Origin: a bacterium
Lineage (GTDB): Bacteria > Electryoneota > Electryoneia > Electryoneales > Electryoneaceae
Reading direction: 5' to 3'
Assembly (NCBI GenBank): GCA_963675295.2
Contig: CAXXKJ010000002.1
Coordinates: 448,001 to 512,000 of the forward strand
DNA: 64,000 nucleotides
Shown here: piece after piece, positions 59,084-64,000 of the stretch
Position numbering within the stretch: the stretch's first letter is position 1
Layout: each line of letters starts with the position of its first letter
The notes under the pieces: generated by a model
Seen by the model: only the letters and a program-made list of their open reading frames with translations
What the model was told of the DNA's origin: nothing
The model's database searches: none
Program-made: the position numbers and the translations under genes

Positions 59084-60679
59084 TCACTCCGGATCGGGTG
59101 GGTTTTTGCGGATCAGCAGCGTGTCAGCGGAAAAAATTTCGTGGGGGTAGTGTCCGAGACGGCCAATGAAACGGTAGAGGCCGGTGTCGGCGTCCGCGGA
59201 AACGGTCTGGTTCAGTGGGTAGTCGGTCGAACTCTGCGGGTCAAGGGCGACTCGTGCGAAACGTACCGGGGGAGTGAGCGTGCTGTCGGGGGTTTCTACC
59301 ACAGCCCACGCGGCCAGGGTGCGGCGTTGACCGGTGTTGTTTTCGAGGGTCGCGGTGTAGTCGAACTCGCCGCCGCCGGCCGGGATGTCGACGGTGTCCG
59401 GCGGGTCGGAGGTCAGGGTGAGGCGTAGCCACGGCAGGCGTGCGGAGATGCGTATGGCGATCACGTTGCGGTTGTGTGACTGGCCGTATGGCGCGCTGGT
59501 TCCAGCAAGGATATACTGGGTTTCGTTGGGACCGTCCACCGGCAGCAGGGCGTAGCCTTTGTCGTTTCCGGTATCGCCGAAGGAGCCGTGCCAGCGTTCG
59601 ACCCCGAGTGCGTTGACGCGGACCACGAACAGGTCTTCGTTGCCGTTGGACGAATAGGACTGGGCGTGCCCGGCGAGCAGCAGGTCACCGTTCGCGAGCG
59701 GGTCGATGGTGCGGAAGCCGTCGTAGCCGGTGCCGCCGATGTAGCGGGTGTCGATCGGGTTGAGGTCAAAATCGAGCAGGGTGAGAAAACCGTCCGTGCG
59801 TTGGCTCGGCTGGTCCGGGACGTACGATTCGCCAGCGAGGTACAGTCGTCCCTGCGGCGTGAACTGGAGGGCATAGACGAATTCGTCGGCGGAATCGTCC
59901 ACGTAGTGCCGGCGGTCGAGCTCGTTGCCCTCGTCGTCAATGTGGAGCAGGAAGGTGTTCCAACGGAGGGGGGCGTTCTCCTCGCGTGCGTGCCCGGCGA
60001 TCAGGTAGCCGCCGTCCGGGTGGGGGATGATCGCGTGGGCTTCGTCCTCCTCGTCAATGTCGAATTCGCGGCTCCATACCATGTCGGCCTGATCGTCGAC
60101 CTTGACCACCCAGACGTTCTGTTCCGGGCCTGGTCCGATGTCATCCTCGACTTTCCCAGCGAAGATGAAGCCGTTGTCGGGTGTGGCGATGATGGTGAAG
60201 GCGGCGGCGATCCAGGTCGCGCCGTCGCTGTAGGTGTAGAGGAAGTTGCCGTCGGTGTCGAACAGGTTCAGCATGCAGTTGGTGTAGTAGTTGCCGCCGG
60301 ATTCGTAATTGTGCGACCCGGCGACGGCGACAGTTGAGCTGTCGGCGGACAACGCGATGGCGTAGGCGTGCTGAGTTTGTTCGAGGTCGAGGGAGCGCAT
60401 CCAGATGCTGTCGCCGTCCGTGGTGATCCGTGTCAGGTGCATGTCGAACAGCAGCGGGGTAGGATGGTTGATTTCGCCGGCGATGATCAGGTCGCCGTTC
60501 TGGTCATCCGCGAGCTGCACCATCCCGGCGGTGCCGGACTGCGATAGAGTGTCGCCGTAGATATGTTGCCAGTGCAATGCAGGTTGCGCGACGGCGGGTG
60601 AAAGCCACAGAAGCGCGGCGGCCAGCGTGAACAGTGCGGCCAGGATGCGGCGACGATATCGGGGGTGCGGTCGAGTCAT
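59084..60679 (-). CDS. Secreted beta-propeller + terminal Ig-like module, no T9SS CTD
   Basis: Signal peptide, DGGYLIAG-type blades, IPAGGGEFDY...N.T...W...G.Y...G.YP. Confidence 0.82.
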   Translation of the reverse strand: MTRPHPRYRRRILAALFTLAAALLWLSPAVAQPALHWQHIYGDTLSQSGTAGMVQLADDQNGDLIIAGEINHPTPLLFDMHLTRITTDGDSIWMRSLDLEQTQHAYAIALSADSSTVAVAGSHNYESGGNYYTNCMLNLFDTDGNFLYTYSDGATWIAAAFTIIATPDNGFIFAGKVEDDIGPGPEQNVWVVKVDDQADMVWSREFDIDEEDEAHAIIPHPDGGYLIAGHAREENAPLRWNTFLLHIDDEGNELDRRHYVDDSADEFVYALQFTPQGRLYLAGESYVPDQPSQRTDGFLTLLDFDLNPIDTRYIGGTGYDGFRTIDPLANGDLLLAGHAQSYSSNGNEDLFVVRVNALGVERWHGSFGDTGNDKGYALLPVDGPNETQYILAGTSAPYGQSHNRNVIAIRISARLPWLRLTLTSDPPDTVDIPAGGGEFDYTATLENNTGQRRTLAAWAVVETPDSTLTPPVRFARVALDPQSSTDYPLNQTVSADADTGLYRFIGRLGHYPHEIFSADTLLIRKNPPDPE

Positions 60680-60684
60680 GCTGT

Positions 60685-60713
60685 AAGATGGTGGATTTGC
60701 GGTCGCGGGTCAA
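60685..60713 (-). promoter_or_regulatory. Sigma70-type promoter, probably leaderless
   Basis: TTGACC-17 bp-CATCTT, then ATG 5 nt later; no SD. Confidence 0.45.
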
Positions 60714-60747
60714 AGGGGGAACACAGTTGGTGGCTGTAAAAGCAGTC

Positions 60748-60941
60748 TTGCCCGTGTTGGCTCCGACAACGTGGGTCACACGGGCATGTTGAAATGCGGA
60801 TGACCCCAGACATGAATGTCTGGGGCACCCTGCTGGGTGGCCAGGGTCATCTTGTGACCCGGTTATCCCATTCCGTCTACCGCCGCCCGCAGTCCGTAGC
60901 CCATGCAAAGCGGGTCCGCGTCCGCAAGCGGACACGGGCAC
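60748..60941. repeat. Cluster of REP-like palindromes
   Basis: TGCCCGTGT..ACACGGGCA, GGATGACCCCAGACATGAATGTCTGGGGCACCC, GGGTCA..TGACCC, GCGGGTCCGCGTCCGCAAGCGGACACGGGCAC. Confidence 0.85.
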
Positions 60942-60985
60942 GTCAATACACCACACTTGTGTAGAGCCCAGAGCCCGCAGCCACT

Positions 60986-62227
60986 CTAAATCATCGGCAG
61001 CCAGCTGTGGCCGGAGAAGCCGAGGCTGAGGTAGCTCACGCCGAGGTAGATCGCGAGCAGCACGAAGATGAGGCGCAGAATCTTTTCCGGGATGAACCGC
61101 AGCAGGCGTGGGCCGATCAACGAGCCGACGAACACACCCGCCATTTCGACGCCAATCAGTGTCCAGTCGATGAAGGTTCCGCCGACGAAAATGAAGGTCG
61201 CGATGGAGACGATCATCCCGATCAGCACGCTGAGCGCGCTGGTTCCGGCGACGATGAACATCGGCAAACCGACCAGCGCCGTCATGAACGGCACCAGCAG
61301 GAAGCCGCCGCCGATCCCGAGGAACGCCGACACACCGGCAATCACCAGCCCGCCGAGGAAGGTGAGAATCGGGCTGAAGGAGAAGTCGACACCGTAGAAG
61401 CTGAAGGTCGCCTTGCCAAGGCCGAATTTTTTCAGCTTGACCCCGCGTTCCACCCTGTCACCCTTGGTACGAACGTTCGTCTGAAACTCCTTCGCGGCTT
61501 TCTTCGCCTTGTTCTGGCCGCGTCGTCCGAACGGCGTCATGTACCACAGCAGGAAGATCGCGATGACGAAGGTGATGACACCAAACCAGCCGATGTAGGT
61601 GGACAGGTCCACGCGTCCGGCGGTGAAGAACGGCACGAGGAACGCGCCGGCGACGGTGCCGAGGCCGAGGGTCAGGGTCAACGGCCCGACCAGCTGGCCC
61701 TTGCGCCAGTAGTTGAACGATGAGATAAGCGCGGAGGTGGCGACGAGGAACTGGTTCGAGACGCGGATGGTATCGGTCAGCAGGCGGCTCAGCGCCGGGT
61801 TGGTGGTGTTGAACGCGCGGCCGTATTCGCCGAGTCCGAAAACGGAAAAGTGGCCGAGGCCGGCCATGACGCCGCCGAACGCGCCGAGGGTGGAAAACAG
61901 CAGGCCGACCACGATCGCCCACAGCGCGGCGGTGAGGTAGCTGACCTGTGGCGCGCCGGGGATGTTGGCGTAGCCGGGTACGGCCTCCGGATTGATCTGG
62001 CCGGGGTCGGTGCCCTTCGGGGTGGCGCTGATCGCCGCGCCCAGTTGACCGGGCAGACCGAGGTTGGTGCCGATCAGCTCGGGCTCGTCCGGAAGGATCT
62101 CCGCCTGGCCGCCGACCATGGCGTCACGGTTCGGTTCGGGTTCCGGCTTCGGCGGCTGCGCGTTCACGGTGGCAAGGGTCACCAGTAGCAGCAGGGCGGT
62201 CAGGGTCAGCAGGGGCCAGCGTTTCAT
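60986..62227 (-). CDS. Sulfite exporter TauE/SafE (TSUP) family transporter
   Basis: G.FGG, GIGGGFLLVP, VAGTS motifs; multiple TM helices; start 62227 (SD GGAG) or 62284. Confidence 0.85.
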   Translation of the reverse strand: MKRWPLLTLTALLLLVTLATVNAQPPKPEPEPNRDAMVGGQAEILPDEPELIGTNLGLPGQLGAAISATPKGTDPGQINPEAVPGYANIPGAPQVSYLTAALWAIVVGLLFSTLGAFGGVMAGLGHFSVFGLGEYGRAFNTTNPALSRLLTDTIRVSNQFLVATSALISSFNYWRKGQLVGPLTLTLGLGTVAGAFLVPFFTAGRVDLSTYIGWFGVITFVIAIFLLWYMTPFGRRGQNKAKKAAKEFQTNVRTKGDRVERGVKLKKFGLGKATFSFYGVDFSFSPILTFLGGLVIAGVSAFLGIGGGFLLVPFMTALVGLPMFIVAGTSALSVLIGMIVSIATFIFVGGTFIDWTLIGVEMAGVFVGSLIGPRLLRFIPEKILRLIFVLLAIYLGVSYLSLGFSGHSWLPMI

Positions 62228-62523
62228 CGATCTCTCCAACGGGACAAGTGACGCGGTTATTTCGGCCTCAAGGGTACGCATCATGAGCGGCAAAGATAAG
62301 GCGTGGGAGGGTGGCGGACGAGTCCGGCGAGCCGTGGACCGGGGCCGATATGTGGAGCGGGTCGTGGCGGATCGCAGTCTCGCTCCGGAGGGAGCAAAAT
62401 GCCGAAAAGTGTGATCTGTGTCGTTGCGGCGAAAGTGTCCACGGCGCTATGTTTTGCGCATTGAAGCCCGTTGGGGGCCTGAGGGGAACATCAGTTGAGG
62501 CAAGGATAAGGGAGATGGAAACC

Positions 62524-63222
62524 ATGAAACGGTTCGGTCTGGTTGTTCTGATGCTGCTGGTGGCTGGTTCGGCGATGGCGCAGCAGGGGTTTTTCGTTGG
62601 TGGTGCTGGCGTGCTTCTGATGGCGAAGGGTTCCGGTGAGTGGGAGAATGACGATTTTGACGTGACCACCGACATGCTCGACGCGGATGAGTGGGGCCTG
62701 AGCTGGGAGAGCAAGACGATGTACGGGTTCGCCCCGGTGGTTGGTTTCCGTATCAATGATTTGCTCGGTATTCGTGGTTCGTACACTTACCTGCTGAAGA
62801 AGACGGGTGAAGATGACGTGACCGAAAACAACGTCGAAACCACGGGTGAATCTGAGTGGACACAATCGCACATCCAGGTGATGGCGATGATTTATCCATT
62901 CCGCACCGGCAGCATGGAAAATTTCTACATCTGTGCGGGTATCGACCGGGCGTCTTTCACCATTGACCTGACCTACGAGCAAGACGACGGCAATCAGTCG
63001 GCAGAACTCAATGTGGACGACAACGGTTCAGCGACGGGCCTGATTTTCGGCGGTGGCTATGATTACCCAATCCAGCCGAACATGATTTTCTACGGCCAGG
63101 CTACGTATTCGACGGTGAAGTTCAACGATGACATCTTCTCCGGCCAGAACGAAATCGACGCTGAAATGGCGCTCGGCGGCCTTGCAATCGAAGCCGGTTT
63201 GAAGTTCTTCTTCAACAACTGA
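62524..63222 (+). CDS. Outer-membrane beta-barrel protein
   Basis: Signal peptide, amphipathic strands, terminal AGLKFFF. Confidence 0.8.
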   Translation: MKRFGLVVLMLLVAGSAMAQQGFFVGGAGVLLMAKGSGEWENDDFDVTTDMLDADEWGLSWESKTMYGFAPVVGFRINDLLGIRGSYTYLLKKTGEDDVTENNVETTGESEWTQSHIQVMAMIYPFRTGSMENFYICAGIDRASFTIDLTYEQDDGNQSAELNVDDNGSATGLIFGGGYDYPIQPNMIFYGQATYSTVKFNDDIFSGQNEIDAEMALGGLAIEAGLKFFFNN

Positions 63223-63343
63223 TTCGATTCGCTCTGATACGCTCTTGTTACGGCGGAGGGTCCACGACCTTTCGCCGTTTATCTATTGGAGGTGACGGTG
63301 CTGGACAACGAGTGACCGTCTGCTGGGTTGCTTTGTGGATTTG

Positions 63344-64000
63344 TCAGCTGCCGGGTTTCGGGGTAGGGCGGAACTCGGACCCGTAGACCACGTCGACGTC
63401 CAACGGGCTGACCGCGCCGTTGTCCGCGAAGACACGTGCGGCGGCAAGCGCGAGAGCGTCCGGCACGGATCGCAGGGTGGTGTCCCGGCGCAGGCGGTCA
63501 CTGAGGGCGGTGTCAATGGCGTCACGGAACAGCTCGTACCCCTCGCCAAGGGGGAGCAGAAGCGGTGCGCTTTTTCTACCGAACGGGATTGACGTTCCGG
63601 CCTCACGGGTGATAAATGCATCTTCCCGCGCGTCACCCGAGTCAAGTTCGGGCACCGGGACCGCGTCAAACGGCGCGAACTCGATAAGATCGCTGAGCGT
63701 TTCGAACTCCACCCCTCCGCGCACAACCTGACCCTTTACCAGCCTGCCACCGGCGCGGTGAATCGCCCAGACGAGTCCGTGCTCGAGGCGTGCCGCCAGC
63801 AGGCGCGGTGTTTCCACGGGAATGATTGGCACCTGCAGCGCTTCCGCCAGCCCGGCCGCGAATGCAACGCCGACCCGCAGCCCTGTGAAACCGCCGGGTC
63901 CGACGACAACCGCGATGCCGTCCAGGGAAGCCCGCCAGCCGTCGTGTTCATCGAGCCAGACGCGAACGCCATCCGCGAGCACCGTGTCGTGCTTGTTGGT
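63344..64000 (-). CDS. tsaB: tRNA threonylcarbamoyladenosine biosynthesis protein TsaB (5' end beyond the window)
   Basis: IAVVVGPGGFTGLRVG..A.GL, C-terminal V.Y. Confidence 0.85.
   Translation of the reverse strand, partial: TNKHDTVLADGVRVWLDEHDGWRASLDGIAVVVGPGGFTGLRVGVAFAAGLAEALQVPIIPVETPRLLAARLEHGLVWAIHRAGGRLVKGQVVRGGVEFETLSDLIEFAPFDAVPVPELDSGDAREDAFITREAGTSIPFGRKSAPLLLPLGEGYELFRDAIDTALSDRLRRDTTLRSVPDALALAAARVFADNGAVSPLDVDVVYGSEFRPTPKPGS

Overview
High-GC bacterial chromosomal window. It most likely comes from an FCB-superphylum lineage outside Bacteroidota; this is an inference from the many YPNPFN-type T9SS C-terminal sorting domains, two PorV-like barrels, and PFOR alongside an SCO gene. 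Housekeeping genes (SCO, M50 protease, prmA, isocitrate/isopropylmalate-family dehydrogenase, GlcF-like Fe-S protein, acyl-CoA dehydrogenase, nifJ/PFOR, TSUP transporter, tsaB) are interleaved with about 17 secreted modular proteins. Most follow the plan: signal peptide + variable beta-propeller (FG-GAP/VCBS, LVIVD, BNR and others), with or without a recurrent unnamed ~110-aa Ig-like module and a T9SS CTD. Main observations: (1) a dense family of REP-like palindromes sharing a terminal GGGCAC motif, with copies inserted in frame inside three protein genes (PorV-like, GlcF-like, tsaB); (2) 11 copies of the unnamed Ig-like module, 4 of them C-terminal in proteins lacking a T9SS CTD; (3) DNA-level homogenisation and mosaicism of the CTD/Ig modules, suggesting domain shuffling; (4) an AT-richer SatD (cyclase-like + HTH) plus membrane-protein cassette with an operator-like palindrome; (5) a truncated dcd remnant next to a small RHH gene; (6) a near-consensus Rex box upstream of PFOR. 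No rRNA, tRNA, CRISPR array, integrase, transposase or reverse transcriptase was recognised. All family assignments and identities are by eye, with no database searches.
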